From the NCBI GenBank assembly GCA_046719465.1, contig JBDNCV010000001.1:1-59746 (forward strand): a stretch of 59,746 bases of DNA, read 5' to 3'. This stretch comes from Anaerolinea sp. (lineage in GTDB: Bacteria; Chloroflexota; Anaerolineae; Aggregatilineales; Phototrophicaceae). This document shows, piece by piece, positions 1 through 10,892 of the stretch. Below the pieces are notes generated by a model, which did not search any database, was not told where the DNA came from, and was given only the letters and a program-made list of their open reading frames with translations. Both the position numbers and the translations under genes were made by a program. Position 1 is the first letter of the stretch, and each line of letters opens with the position of its first letter.

Positions 1-257
1 TGGAGGTGCTGTCGCTGTCGACGCGCGACGCGGACAAGCGGCGCAAGTTTCGGGTGTATGAACGCTGCGGGGTGGGGGAGTACTGGCTGGTTGACCCCGA
101 GGCGGAGCATGTGGAGGTGTTCGCGCGGGAGGGAGAGCGCTTCGCGCATCGCGGGGTGTTCGGGCGCGGGGAATCGTTCAGCAGCGCGGTGTTGGGTGTG
201 GAGGTCGGGGTGGATGGCATCCTGCCGCCTGAAGCCACCGCACAGCCTCAGGCGTAG
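1..257 (+). CDS. Uma2 (DUF820) family endonuclease-like protein, 5'-truncated by the window edge
   Basis: The frame is open from the window start. EVLSxST..D...K..VY...GV.EYWLVDP is the typical Uma2 C-terminal signature. Confidence 0.85.
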   Translation, partial: EVLSLSTRDADKRRKFRVYERCGVGEYWLVDPEAEHVEVFAREGERFAHRGVFGRGESFSSAVLGVEVGVDGILPPEATAQPQA

Positions 258-278
258 GGGCACGGCGTGCCGTGCCCC
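254..278 (+). repeat. GTAG-family REP-like palindrome
   Basis: GTAG overlaps a perfect 10-bp hairpin, GGGGCACGGC-GT-GCCGTGCCCC. It overlaps the Uma2 stop codon and lies between convergent genes. Confidence 0.6.
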
Positions 279-288
279 CCGCAGTGGT

Positions 289-1848
289 CTATAACTTCTC
301 GGCGATGCTCTTGGCTTGGGTGAACAGCAGCAGGTAATCGGGGCCGCCTGCTTTACTATCGGTTCCGCTCATGTTGAAGCCGCCGAACGGGTTCACACCG
401 ACGAGCGCGCCGGTGCACTTGCGGTTGAAGTAGAGGTTGCCCACGTGGAACTCGCGCATGGCGCGTTCAATGCGGCTGCGGCTTTGGCTGTAGAGCGCGC
501 CGGTCAGACCGTACTCGGTGTCGTTGGCGATGTGCAGGGCGTGGTCAAAGTCCTGCGCGCGGATGAGCGCCAGCACCGGGCCGAAGATCTCCTCCTGCGC
601 AATGCGGGCGTGCGGGGCGACATCCCCAAACACTGTCGGTTGGATGAAGTACCCGTTCTCGTCAGTCTCGATGATGCGGCCACCGGTGAGCAGCTTGCCC
701 TCGGTCGCGCCGATGTCGATGTAGCGGCGGATGCGGTCGTAGCTCTCTTGGTCGATCACCGGCCCCATGTAGACGTCGGGGCTAACAGACGTATCACCGA
801 CGGTCAGTGCTTCGGTCAGCTCAACGACTTGCTTCGTCACTGCGTCGTAGACATCGTGCACTAAGATCGCGCGGGAACCGGCGCTGCACTTCTGCCCGCC
901 GAAGCCGAACGCGCTGGCGACGATGCCCCTTGCTGCTTCAGTTAGGTCAGCTGTTTCGTCTACCACGACGGCGTCCTTGCCGCCCATTTCGAGGATCGCA
1001 CGCTTGAGCCACCGCTGACCGGGCTGCACTTTGCCCGCTGTCTCATAAATCTGTACGCCGACAGCGCGGCTGCCCGTGAACGCGATGAAGCGCGTGAGCG
1101 GGTGTTCTACCATGCGCGCGCCGACCACCTCGCCCGGGCCAGTCAAAAAGTTGAGCACGCCCGCCGGCAGCCCCATCTTCCAGAACAGCTCTGCGACGTG
1201 ATAGCCGATGAGCGGGCTTTGCTCCGCAGGCTTTAACACGCAGGTGTTGCCAGCAACAAGCGTGGCGGCGGTCATGCCGGCGAGGATGGCGTTGGCGAAG
1301 TTCCACGGCGGGATGACCGCGCCCACCCCCAGCGGGATGTACTCGAGGTGGAGCTGCTCACCGGGCCAGTGAGTCAGCAGGTGGCTGCTGTCAGCGAGGC
1401 GCAGCATCTGACGGGCGTAGTACTCCATGAAGTCGATGGCTTCGGCCGTGTCGGCGTCGGCCTCGGCCCAACTTTTGCCTACTTCCAGCACCAGCATGGC
1501 GCTGAACTCATGCTTGCGGCGGCGCATCTCGGCGGCGGCGTTGAGCAGGTAGCGGGCGCGCTCTGCGGCTGGGGTGTACTGCCACGTCTTGAAGGCCTCG
1601 AAGGCGGCCTCGGTGGCGCGGTTGGCGTGTTCTGCTGTGCCGTTGGCGAAGTAGCCCAGCACCTGCGACGGGCGCGCGGGGTTGACGCTGGGGAACACAT
1701 CGCTGAGGGTGATGCGCTCCCCGCCGATCACCAGCGGGTAGGTCTGGCCGAGGTTGGCCGTCACTTTGGCCAGCGCCTGCTCAAACGCCTGCCGGTTGGC
1801 GGGCTGGGTAAAATCGGTAAACGGTTCAGGCCGATAGGGGGGAAGCAT
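289..1848 (-). CDS. pruA: L-glutamate gamma-semialdehyde (P5C) dehydrogenase, RocA/PruA type
   Basis: ALDH motifs PWNF, FTGS, LEMGGKD, catalytic GQKCSA and EEIFGP, and the C-terminal PFGGFNMSGTDSKAGGPDYL. Start set at ATG 1848, which has an AAGGAG RBS. Lies downstream of PRODH. Confidence 0.93.
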   Translation of the reverse strand: MLPPYRPEPFTDFTQPANRQAFEQALAKVTANLGQTYPLVIGGERITLSDVFPSVNPARPSQVLGYFANGTAEHANRATEAAFEAFKTWQYTPAAERARYLLNAAAEMRRRKHEFSAMLVLEVGKSWAEADADTAEAIDFMEYYARQMLRLADSSHLLTHWPGEQLHLEYIPLGVGAVIPPWNFANAILAGMTAATLVAGNTCVLKPAEQSPLIGYHVAELFWKMGLPAGVLNFLTGPGEVVGARMVEHPLTRFIAFTGSRAVGVQIYETAGKVQPGQRWLKRAILEMGGKDAVVVDETADLTEAARGIVASAFGFGGQKCSAGSRAILVHDVYDAVTKQVVELTEALTVGDTSVSPDVYMGPVIDQESYDRIRRYIDIGATEGKLLTGGRIIETDENGYFIQPTVFGDVAPHARIAQEEIFGPVLALIRAQDFDHALHIANDTEYGLTGALYSQSRSRIERAMREFHVGNLYFNRKCTGALVGVNPFGGFNMSGTDSKAGGPDYLLLFTQAKSIAEKL

Positions 1849-1871
1849 GAGTCTCTCCTTGCGTGTGGGGC

Positions 1872-2792
1872 TTAAGTGCCGACGAAGCTGCGGATGAAAA
1901 ACCAGACGTTGGCGGGGCGCTCGGCGAGGCGTCGCATAAAGTAGGGATACCATGCCTCGCCGAAGGGGACGTAGACGCGCATCTTGTGACGCTTGGCCAG
2001 CTCACTTTGACGCTCACCGCGCACGCCGTACAGCATCTGGAACTCATAGCGCGACTGTGGGATGTTCTGCGCAGCGATGTACTGCTCGGCAGCGCGGATC
2101 ATGTTCTCGTCGTGCGTGGCGATGCACAGATAGGCGCTGCCCGGCGCACCGAGGTAGGTTTCCAAGAGCTTGACGTAATTCTTGTCCACGTCGGCTTTGT
2201 TGGGGAAGGCGCGGTCGGCTGGCTCAAGGTAGGCGCCCTTGCACAGGCGGATGTGCGCGTTTTCGCCCGCGAGTTGAATCATGTCGCTTTCAGAGCGGTA
2301 GAGATAGGCTTGGATGACCGTTCCCACGTTGTCGAAGTCGTACTCATCGCGCATGGTGCGATAGATGCGCAGCGTCGTATCCGTGTAGGCGGAACTCTCC
2401 ATGTCAATGGTGACGGGGATGTTGTACTGCTTGGCACGGCTCAAGATGTGGCGTAGGTTCGTCACGCACAGCTCCTCGCTCAAGTCGAGACCGAGGTGCG
2501 TCAGCTTCACAGAAATGCCGCTCTTGAGCTGGTGCTGGTGAATGCGATCCAGCACGGTTTGGTACATAGCGACTACGTCCTCGGTGTCTTTAGCGTTGGT
2601 CACGCTTTCGCCGAGGTAGTCCAACGTGACGAGAATGCCGCGCTCGTTGAGGGCTTGTGTCGCTTGGATGGCTTCTTCAAGCTGCTCACCAGCCACAAAG
2701 CGCCGCGCCACGCGCCGCGCAATGCCCCACTTGGTTACGATGCTGCGCGCCCAGCCTGCCGTTGATAAGTATAGAAGGAACTGTTTCATCAT
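1872..2792 (-). CDS. putB: Monofunctional proline dehydrogenase
   Basis: RFVAGE, DxLGE, SVKLTxLG, IDME, QAYL, RLCKGAY, ATHD, FQMLYG and YFMRRLAERPAN motifs; 306 aa. Confidence 0.93.
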   Translation of the reverse strand: MMKQFLLYLSTAGWARSIVTKWGIARRVARRFVAGEQLEEAIQATQALNERGILVTLDYLGESVTNAKDTEDVVAMYQTVLDRIHQHQLKSGISVKLTHLGLDLSEELCVTNLRHILSRAKQYNIPVTIDMESSAYTDTTLRIYRTMRDEYDFDNVGTVIQAYLYRSESDMIQLAGENAHIRLCKGAYLEPADRAFPNKADVDKNYVKLLETYLGAPGSAYLCIATHDENMIRAAEQYIAAQNIPQSRYEFQMLYGVRGERQSELAKRHKMRVYVPFGEAWYPYFMRRLAERPANVWFFIRSFVGT

Positions 2793-2903
2793 CTTGCCGA
2801 TTCCTCACCCTGTCGTGCTAAGAGCATAACGTTAAAACTATCCCCCACAAGGCTAGATTATATCCATAGATTGCCGCATTCTATCACAGGAGGGCTGAGT
2901 ATC

Positions 2904-2943
2904 TTGTGAAAAATTGGACATTCATAAGTCAGTTAGGTACAAT
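2904..2943 (+). promoter_or_regulatory. sigma70-type promoter of the atpAGDC operon with an overlapping Rex-like box
   Basis: TGGACA (2915-2920), 17 bp, TACAAT (2938-2943). TTGTGAA-AAAT-TGGACAT (2904-2921) matches 11/14 positions of the Rex consensus TTGTGAA-N4-TTCACAA. Confidence 0.55.
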
Positions 2944-3108
2944 ACCGTCGGCTCGATAGGCCTGTTTATTTGTGCTGCATGCGCTTGGTCACACAGCGTC
3001 CCGATGCCACCCACCCGAGATGCCTTCATGGCGCATTGGATGCGGCTCGTGCGCTATAGTTTAGGAACACCGTAACACACGCGGTCAATTATCACAAAGG
3101 AGCCACAG

Positions 3109-4611
3109 ATGGCAGATAATCTTTACGATGCAATTCTGAAACAAATTGCTGACTACCAGCCAACGCTGCAGGCGGTAGAAGTTGGCTATGTAGAAGAAGT
3201 CGGTGACGGTATTGCCCGCGTTGTCGGCTTGGACAACGTGCGCTACAACGAGCTGGTGCGCTTCCAAAACGGCACGATTGGCATCGCCTTCAACCTTGAG
3301 AAGGACAACGTCGGTATCACCATCATGGGCGCTTATGAGGGCATCCAAGAAGGTGATGAGGTGACATCGCTCGGTCGTATCGCGTCGGTGCCGGTAGGCA
3401 TGGGCTTGGTGGGGCGCGTGGTGGACGCGCTGGGCAATCCGCTGGATGGCAAAGGCCCCATCTCAAGCAATGAGTTCTACCCGATTGAGCGCATCGCCCC
3501 GGGCGTGATGGAGCGTAAGCCCGTCAATCGCCCAGTGCAGACGGGCATCCTCGCCATTGACGCCATGATCCCGATTGGCCGCGGCCAGCGCGAGCTGATC
3601 ATCGGTGACCGCCAGACTGGCAAGACCGCTGTCGCCATCGACACGATCCTGAACCAGAAGGGGCAGGACATGTACTGCATCTATGTGGCGGTGGGCAAGC
3701 GTCGTGGTGAGCTGGCGCGCATCGTGAACATTCTGGAAGAACGTGGCGCGATGGATTACACCACGCTGGTGGTGGCCTCGGCCTCGGACGCAGCGGCCTT
3801 GCAGTATATCGCCCCGTTCAGCGGCTGCGCTATCGGTGAGTGGTTCATGGAGAACGGCAAAGACGCGCTCATCATCTACGACGATCTTTCCAAGCATGCG
3901 GCGGCCTATCGCCAAGTGTCGCTGCTGCTGCGCCGCCCGCCGGGCCGTGAAGCTTACCCGGGCGACGTGTTCTACCTCCACAGCCGCCTGCTGGAGCGCG
4001 CTGCGCAGCTCAGCGATGAGCGCGGCGGCGGCAGCCTGACGGCGCTGCCGATCATCGAGACGCTGCTGGGCGATGTGTCGGCGTTTGTGCCCACTAACGT
4101 GATCTCGATCACCGACGGCCAGATCTACCTCGAAAGCGAGCTGTTCTACAGCGGCCAGCGCCCCGCGCTCAACACCGGCATCAGCGTCAGCCGCGTGGGC
4201 GGCGCGGCCCAGACCAAAGCCATGAACAAGACGGCAGGCGGTCTCCGTTTGCAGATGGCGCAGTTCCGTTCGCTGGCGGCGTTTGCCCAGTTCGGCTCTA
4301 ACCTTGACAAGACCACGCAATCACAGTTGGATCGCGGGCTGCGGTTGAACGAGCTGTTCAAGCAAGCGCAGTATCAGACGTTGGCGCTGGAAGAACAGAT
4401 TGCGTTGATTTACGCGGGCACGAATGGCTTTTTGGACGAAATTCCGGTTGAGCGGGTCGGCGCGTGGAAGAACGACTTCCTGCGGGCGATGCGCGGTCAG
4501 TTTGCGGCGCTGGGGCGCGAAATTGCTGAGACGGCCCGCAAAGGCCTCGGTGATGACACCAAAGCGAAGCTGGATGAGGCGATCAAGTCGTTCAACGAAA
4601 CGTGGAACTAG
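3109..4611 (+). CDS. atpA: F0F1 ATP synthase subunit alpha
   Basis: [16 protein letters not shown]-loop, [22 protein letters not shown]; AAGGAG RBS. Confidence 0.98.
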   Translation: MADNLYDAILKQIADYQPTLQAVEVGYVEEVGDGIARVVGLDNVRYNELVRFQNGTIGIAFNLEKDNVGITIMGAYEGIQEGDEVTSLGRIASVPVGMGLVGRVVDALGNPLDGKGPISSNEFYPIERIAPGVMERKPVNRPVQTGILAIDAMIPIGRGQRELIIGDRQTGKTAVAIDTILNQKGQDMYCIYVAVGKRRGELARIVNILEERGAMDYTTLVVASASDAAALQYIAPFSGCAIGEWFMENGKDALIIYDDLSKHAAAYRQVSLLLRRPPGREAYPGDVFYLHSRLLERAAQLSDERGGGSLTALPIIETLLGDVSAFVPTNVISITDGQIYLESELFYSGQRPALNTGISVSRVGGAAQTKAMNKTAGGLRLQMAQFRSLAAFAQFGSNLDKTTQSQLDRGLRLNELFKQAQYQTLALEEQIALIYAGTNGFLDEIPVERVGAWKNDFLRAMRGQFAALGREIAETARKGLGDDTKAKLDEAIKSFNETWN

Positions 4612-4639
4612 CGTCTGCACATTGTAAAGGAGACGTGAC

Positions 4640-5602
4640 ATGCCACCGTTAAAAGAAGTACGCAACCGCATCAAGAGCGTGAAGAACATCTCGCAGATCA
4701 CGCGCGCCTTGGAAGCGGTGTCGGCCTCGCGTGTGCGCCGCGCTCAAGCGCGGACGTTAGCGAGCCGCGCCTATGCGGACAAAGCATGGGAAATCCTCGT
4801 GAATTTGCAGCGTGCGGGGACGACCTCGCACCCGCTGCTGACTGCGCGGGAGGAAGTCCGTAACGTGATGATCGTGGTGATCACCTCGGATCGTGGCTTG
4901 GCAGGTTCCTACAACACCAACGTGCTGCGCGTCGCTGAGCGCTTCGAGGCGCGCATCGGCAAGCCGGTGCAGTATATCGCCGTGGGGCGCAAGGGTCGTG
5001 ATTCGCTCATCCGCAACCGCGCCAACGTCGTAGCCGAGTTCAGCGACCTGCCCGCCGAGCCGACCATCCGCACGATTGCGCCCATCTCGCGCTTGGCGAT
5101 TGACGCTTTCATGAGCGGCGAAGTCGATGAGGTGGTGATCGCCTATACGGACTTCATCAACCTGCTGACGCAGCGTCCGGTCGTGCGGGTGTGGCTCCCG
5201 TTGAGCACGGACGCTCACGCCAACCGTGTCGCCAGCGACCTTGTGAAGGAGATGCCAGAAGTTACGGAGGGCGTCCTGAGCTACGAGTATGAGCCGAACG
5301 CGGCAGCGGTGTTGGATGAGATCGTGCCGCGCTTTACTGAACTGCAATTGTATCAAGCGCTGCTGGAGAGCCAGTCGAGCGAGCACGCCGCGCGCATGGC
5401 TGCCATGCGCAACGCGACCGACAACGCGACGCAGCTTGTGGCCGATTTGACGCTGGACTACAACAAGGCGCGTCAGGCCGCCATCACCAGCGAAATCTTG
5501 GACATTGTGGGCGGGGCCAACGCGCTTCAGAGCGCCATTGAGAGCGCTGCTGACAGCATGCTGCGAACGAGCGCCGCGCTCTCAACTGTTGGCGAGTCGT
5601 GA
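4640..5602 (+). CDS. atpG: F0F1 ATP synthase subunit gamma
   Basis: RIKSVKNISQIT, SDRGLAG, SEHAARMAAM, YNKARQAAIT.EI; AAGGAG RBS. Confidence 0.97.
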   Translation: MPPLKEVRNRIKSVKNISQITRALEAVSASRVRRAQARTLASRAYADKAWEILVNLQRAGTTSHPLLTAREEVRNVMIVVITSDRGLAGSYNTNVLRVAERFEARIGKPVQYIAVGRKGRDSLIRNRANVVAEFSDLPAEPTIRTIAPISRLAIDAFMSGEVDEVVIAYTDFINLLTQRPVVRVWLPLSTDAHANRVASDLVKEMPEVTEGVLSYEYEPNAAAVLDEIVPRFTELQLYQALLESQSSEHAARMAAMRNATDNATQLVADLTLDYNKARQAAITSEILDIVGGANALQSAIESAADSMLRTSAALSTVGES

Positions 5603-5621
5603 CGATTTGAGTCGTGACGAT
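5594..5621 (+). repeat. 13-bp direct repeat spanning the atpG stop codon
   Basis: GAGTCGTGACGAT at 5594-5606 and 5609-5621. Confidence 0.7.
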
Positions 5622-5625
5622 GTAA

Positions 5626-7095
<1,470 letters not shown>

Positions 7096-7107
7096 AGGAG
7101 GCCAGCG

Positions 7108-7548
7108 ATGCCAATTCATGTGGAGCTGGTGGCGCAGGAGCGCAAGCTGTTCGAAGAGCCAGAAGCGGACATCGTGATCGTGCCTGCGATAGAGGGCGAG
7201 ATGGGCATCCTGCCGCGCCACGCCCCGGTGCTGACTACGCTCGGCTTTGGCGAGATGGTGGTGCGCAAGGGCAACGCCGAGGAGCGCTTCGCCATTTACG
7301 GCGGCGTGGTGGACGTGCGGCCTGACAAGGTGGTTGTCCTCGCCGATACGGCCGAGAATGAGGCCTCTATCAGCGTGGAAGCCGCTGAGCAAGCGCGCAA
7401 GCGGGCGCTGGAGCTGATGGCGTCAGGCGTGAAGGAGCACAACCGCGAGGCGGCGCTGGAGCTGCGCAAGGCCGAGCTGGCGCTCAAACTCTCGCGCAAG
7501 GTGCAGCAGAGCGGCCCGAAGCTGCGCATCCTCGATGAGGATGAGTAG
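7108..7548 (+). CDS. atpC: F0F1 ATP synthase subunit epsilon
   Basis: GEMGILPRHAP, GG(V)V.V, VLADTAE and a C-terminal helical hairpin; follows atpD. Confidence 0.95.
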   Translation: MPIHVELVAQERKLFEEPEADIVIVPAIEGEMGILPRHAPVLTTLGFGEMVVRKGNAEERFAIYGGVVDVRPDKVVVLADTAENEASISVEAAEQARKRALELMASGVKEHNREAALELRKAELALKLSRKVQQSGPKLRILDEDE

Positions 7549-7572
7549 GCACAAGGACAACGATTGAGTCGG

Positions 7573-7604
7573 AGGCGCTCCAAACTTGCTTGGAGCGCCT
7601 TTTT
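7573..7604 (+). terminator. Rho-independent terminator after the atp operon
   Basis: AGGCGCTCCAA/TTGGAGCGCCT 11-bp stem followed by a T-tract. Confidence 0.85.
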
Positions 7605-7699
7605 GGTTGTGAGGGCGGTCAGCCGTCATGTTCATTTGAGCGCGATTGGTGTATAACTGAACGCGGCAGCGGAAAGATCAGAGTGGTGGAAACGTTGTT

Positions 7700-8731
7700 A
7701 TGGGCTTGTTTTCAAAGAGGTTGGGCGTCGATCTGGGCACGGTGAACGTGCTGATCTATGAGAACGGTCAGATCGTGCTGCAAGAGCCGTCGCTGGTGGC
7801 GGTGGAGATTGGCGAGGACGGCGACGAGCGCATCATCGAGCTAGGGCAGCCCGCGCGCGAGATGATGGGGCGCGTGGACGATGAAGCGATTCAAATCGTG
7901 CGCCCGCTGCAAAATGGCGTGATCGCCGATTATGAGATCACTGAGAAGATGCTGGAATACTTCTTCGGCAAGGTTGCCAGTCGCTTGAACTTCTTCAAGC
8001 CCACGGTGATGATCAGCGTGCCGTATGGCGTGACGAGCGTTGAAAAGCGCGCCGTTCATGAGGCAGCGCTGGCAGCAGGCGCGCGCGAGGTGTTCTTGAT
8101 CTACGAGCCGCTGGCGGCGGCCATCGGCGCGGGCGTGCCGGTGAACACCCCCGCAGGCGACATGGTGGTGAACATCGGCGGCGGCATCACCGAAGCGGCG
8201 GTTATCACGATGAGCAACATCATCCGCGCCGAGAGTGGGCGCGTGGGCGGCATTCGCCTTGACGAAGCCATCCAAGCTTATGTCCGCGCCAAGTACAACC
8301 TCGCTATTGGCCTGCCAAGCGCAGAATCGGTCAAGATTCAAGTGGGGGCGGCTGTGCCGCAGGCGCAGGAGCTGACGACCGAAGTGCAGGGGCGCAATAT
8401 CGCCAGTGGGCTGCCGCAAAGCGTGCCGATCACGACGGGCGAGGTGGTCGAAGCGTTGGAGGATGTGCTCAAACAGATTGCGAAGGTGGCTAAAAATGTG
8501 CTCTCGAACACGCCACCGGAGCTGGCCTCGGACATCTACGACCGCGGCATCATGCTCACAGGGGGCGGGGCGCTGCTGCGCGGCATCGACACCTATCTCA
8601 CGCGGGAGACCGGCGTGCACGTCTACCGCGCCGACAACCCTATGATCGCTGTGGCGACAGGGGCAGGCCGTGCGCTCGACAACCCTGCGCTGCTGCGGCG
8701 TATGGTGCAGGCCAGCATCCTGAAGGGTTAG
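7700..8731 (+). CDS. mreB: Rod shape-determining actin MreB/Mbl family protein (divergent paralogue)
   Basis: DLGT phosphate-1, EPSLVA, RPLQNGVIADY, EPLAAAIGAG, TPPELASDI and LTGGGALL. Confidence 0.92.
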   Translation: MGLFSKRLGVDLGTVNVLIYENGQIVLQEPSLVAVEIGEDGDERIIELGQPAREMMGRVDDEAIQIVRPLQNGVIADYEITEKMLEYFFGKVASRLNFFKPTVMISVPYGVTSVEKRAVHEAALAAGAREVFLIYEPLAAAIGAGVPVNTPAGDMVVNIGGGITEAAVITMSNIIRAESGRVGGIRLDEAIQAYVRAKYNLAIGLPSAESVKIQVGAAVPQAQELTTEVQGRNIASGLPQSVPITTGEVVEALEDVLKQIAKVAKNVLSNTPPELASDIYDRGIMLTGGGALLRGIDTYLTRETGVHVYRADNPMIAVATGAGRALDNPALLRRMVQASILKG

Positions 8732-8760
8732 CAGGCGCAGCGGCCTCACTGCGGCGTACC

Positions 8761-9393
8761 CTAGCTTTTCAGATAGAAGGTCATGTGCTGGAGGTGCACG
8801 ACTGGGTCGATATACTGCACCATGACGTCATCGGGCACGTTGATGTTGATCGGCGCGTAGTTGAGGATGGCCTGAATGCCAGCCTCTACGAGCATATTGG
8901 CGACCGACTGGGCGTGTTCTGCAGGGACAGCGATCATGGCGATTTTGACGTTGTGGGCTTTGATGGTCGGCGCCAGCTCGCTAAGAGGCTGCACGGTCAA
9001 GCCGTCCATGCGCATGCCGATTTTGGCGGGGTCGCTGTCGAACACCCACGAGATGCGAAAGCCGCGATCAGCAAAGCCTCGATAGTGCGAGATAGCGCTG
9101 CCGAGGTTGCCCGCGCCCACCAGCGCCACCGGCCACTCTTGGTTGACCTGCATCACGGTGCGCAGCTTGTTGACGAGATATTCGATCTGATAGCCTGTGC
9201 CTTGCTTGCCGAAGCCGCCAAAGTGCGAGAGGTCTTTACGAATCTGCGCTGAACTAATGCCGAGTTTGCGCCCCAGTTCGTGCGAGGAGGTCACTTCACG
9301 ACCTTCCTGTTGCAGGCGCGTCAACGCGCGCAGGTAAAGCGGTAAGCGCCCAATGACAATATCGGGAATGCTGTTGGTTTGCTTTAACGGCAT
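8761..9393 (-). CDS. rex: Redox-sensing transcriptional repressor Rex
   Basis: [24 protein letters not shown] winged helix, GAGNLG Rossmann motif and ILNYAP. Start at ATG 9393. Confidence 0.96.
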   Translation of the reverse strand: MPLKQTNSIPDIVIGRLPLYLRALTRLQQEGREVTSSHELGRKLGISSAQIRKDLSHFGGFGKQGTGYQIEYLVNKLRTVMQVNQEWPVALVGAGNLGSAISHYRGFADRGFRISWVFDSDPAKIGMRMDGLTVQPLSELAPTIKAHNVKIAMIAVPAEHAQSVANMLVEAGIQAILNYAPININVPDDVMVQYIDPVVHLQHMTFYLKS

Positions 9394-9479
9394 AACGCAA
9401 CCCCTACAATAAGAGCCAGTCGAATGAACATTTATTGAGCGTATGCTCCCCCACCTATCGAATTCTACTATAATGTATA

Positions 9480-9497
9480 TTGTTAAAAAAGACACAA
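9480..9497. promoter_or_regulatory. Candidate Rex operator between the divergent rex and ABC exporter genes
   Basis: TTGTTAA-AAAA-GACACAA matches 11/14 positions of the Rex consensus. It lies just downstream of TATAAT (9469-9474, +) and upstream of TAGAAT (9467-9462, -). Confidence 0.5.
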
Positions 9498-9509
9498 GCC
9501 AGTGAAAAG

Positions 9510-10886
9510 ATGTCGGTTCGTCGCACGCTTTTTCTTCAACTGCTGCTCGTGATTGGGCTGCCAGTCGCGGCCTTTTTCAGCGCACGCCCACCGTCGACCG
9601 GCGTGCCCGAGCAGCAGCTCCGTAATTTGCAGGTGTATCAGGTGCAGCGCGGCACAGTAGCGCTCACCGTGAACGCAATCGGGGCGCTCGCTGCCGATCA
9701 AGAAGCCAACCTCAGCTTTTTGCAGTCAGGCCGCGTGGCGCAGGTGTTCGTCCAGCGCGATGATTATGTGTTGGCGGGCGACCTGCTGGTGAAGATGGAC
9801 AGCACCGCGCAGGAGCTGGCCTATGAGCAGGCGCTGCTGGCGCTGGAGCAAGCCGAGATGGCGCTGCAAACGCTGCTCCAGCCCAATGAAGATCAAATCC
9901 GGCTGGCGGAGGCAGCCGTAGCGAGCGCGCGCGGCGCTTACTTCAGCGTTGGGAATGCCGTTCAGCCGCAGGACATCACAGCAGCACAGTTGGCCTATGA
10001 GCAGGCCGTGCGCACATACAACGACGCGGTAGCTGCGCGTGACACCGCGCCGCCCGGCCAGTATGAAATCCTCGCAGCGCGCGCGGGCGAGGCTTCGTTC
10101 AACATGGAGATTGCCCGCTTGCAGCTTGAGGCGCTCACCAGCGGCACAGCGACGCGCGCGCAATCGGGCGCAGCATACGCGCGTTTGGTGCAAGCTGAAC
10201 GGGAGTTAGACCGCGTTCGCGCGGGGCCGTCGCAAATTCAGATTGAGGGCGCGCAGGCGCAGATCAACCGCGCTGAGGCTCAAGTGCGGCAGGCTGAGTT
10301 GGCCCTCCAGCGCACCAATCTTTTCGCGCCCTTTGATGGGGTCATTGGCGCGCTCAACGTGGAGGTTGGCGCGGTTGTCGCCCCTAACTTTCCGGTGGCG
10401 ACGCTGGTCGATGTGTCTCCGTTGAGCTTGGTGGTGCAGGTGGATGAGGTCGACATCCGCTTGATCGAGGTCGGGATGCTCGTTCGTGTGCGGCTGGATG
10501 CGCTGCCAGATAACTTGCTTGAAGCGCGGGTGACGCGCATCGCTGAGGTGGGGACGACCACCGGCGGAATCGTCTCATATGATGTGGAGATTGAGCTGGT
10601 GAGCGATGACCCGCGAGCGCGCGTCGGCATGACAGCAGATGCAACGATCATCGTGCAGGAGCGCACTAACACGTTGGTGATACCGAATGCGTACATCCGG
10701 CTAGATCGCTTCACAGGGGAGGCGTTCGTCAACGTCATTCAACCTGATTTCACCATCCGCGAGGTGCGGGTGCAGCTCGGCTTGCAAGGGCAGGACATGA
10801 GCGAGGTAGTCGCCGGCCTGAACGAGGGCGATCTCATCGCGCTGACGCTCGGCGGGCGCGGCCTCAACGAGTTTATCGGGGGCTAA
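9510..10886 (+). CDS. Membrane-fusion/adaptor protein (HlyD/MacA family)
   Basis: N-terminal TM helix, lipoyl halves ([16 protein letters not shown]), long helical hairpin, VDEVDI, GMTADA and V.LGL. Confidence 0.9.
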   Translation: MSVRRTLFLQLLLVIGLPVAAFFSARPPSTGVPEQQLRNLQVYQVQRGTVALTVNAIGALAADQEANLSFLQSGRVAQVFVQRDDYVLAGDLLVKMDSTAQELAYEQALLALEQAEMALQTLLQPNEDQIRLAEAAVASARGAYFSVGNAVQPQDITAAQLAYEQAVRTYNDAVAARDTAPPGQYEILAARAGEASFNMEIARLQLEALTSGTATRAQSGAAYARLVQAERELDRVRAGPSQIQIEGAQAQINRAEAQVRQAELALQRTNLFAPFDGVIGALNVEVGAVVAPNFPVATLVDVSPLSLVVQVDEVDIRLIEVGMLVRVRLDALPDNLLEARVTRIAEVGTTTGGIVSYDVEIELVSDDPRARVGMTADATIIVQERTNTLVIPNAYIRLDRFTGEAFVNVIQPDFTIREVRVQLGLQGQDMSEVVAGLNEGDLIALTLGGRGLNEFIGG

Positions 10887-10892
10887 GATGTT

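Noticed and set aside
289-2792. PutA apparently split in two
   Set aside because: Separate PRODH and P5C dehydrogenase genes are the normal arrangement in Bacillus/Thermus-type systems. Both genes are intact.
2979-3059. 26-codon uORF (MRLVTQRP...) in the atpA leader
   Set aside because: No RBS, no similarity to delta or AtpI, and of a length expected by chance. I could not support a riboswitch there either.
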